Assembly (NCBI GenBank): GCA_034530615.2
Contig: JAVRCV020000050.1
Coordinates: 1 to 52,190 of the forward strand
Reading direction: 5' to 3'
DNA length: 52,190 nucleotides
Origin: Aulosira sp. ZfuVER01
Lineage (GTDB): Bacteria > Cyanobacteriota > Cyanobacteriia > Cyanobacteriales > Nostocaceae
Position numbers and translations under genes: made by a program. Positions within the stretch are counted from its first letter, which is position 1; each line of letters begins with the position of its first letter. A model generated the notes under the pieces. That model worked only from the letters and a program-made list of their open reading frames with translations. It did not search any database and had not been told where the DNA came from. Shown here piece after piece: positions 51,998 to 52,190 of this stretch.

Positions 51998-52190
51998 AAA
52001 AAGCTAGTGCGATCGCTTCTTTGTCTCAGGGCGACTGCTGCAACCAAGCTACTATCGCTTTTTATATTACGCAGAGGTGCAAAGTTTTTTGTAGTGGATT
52101 TGCACTTTTTCCTGAGATTAAAGATTATAGTATGATTAATCCCTCTTTTGTTACTTCAGGGAAAGAAAAATAGTCAGAAATTCAACTGGC

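Overview
Chromosomal window from a heterocyst-forming cyanobacterium (Nostocales-like), judged from frequent HIP1 GCGATCGC octamers, heptamer STRRs and small palindromic dispersed repeats. The left part is one arm of the heterocyst glycolipid (hgl) island: a ParB-like gene, then hgdB, hgdC, hgdA, a DUF2141 gene, two GT2 paralogues and hglT. Housekeeping and signalling genes follow (crr7, DUF2854, a receiver protein, ppk1, a sensor kinase, TPR and sigma-like genes). Next come an SbtA-like/SbtB/Tat-exported beta-carbonic anhydrase operon and a HIP1-poor accessory block with a stand-alone A-T-R NRPS-like enzyme, a Ser/Thr-His hybrid kinase and an SLH porin. The right part holds thrC, two small mosaic insertions (a GAF kinase with a response-regulator stub; a methyltransferase with an rtcB 3' fragment), petN plus a 53-aa membrane ORF missed by the ORF track, and a four-GAF cyanobacteriochrome kinase. 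I saw no rRNA, tRNA, CRISPR array or intact transposase. All family assignments come from motif recognition and recalled synteny, not from database searches.
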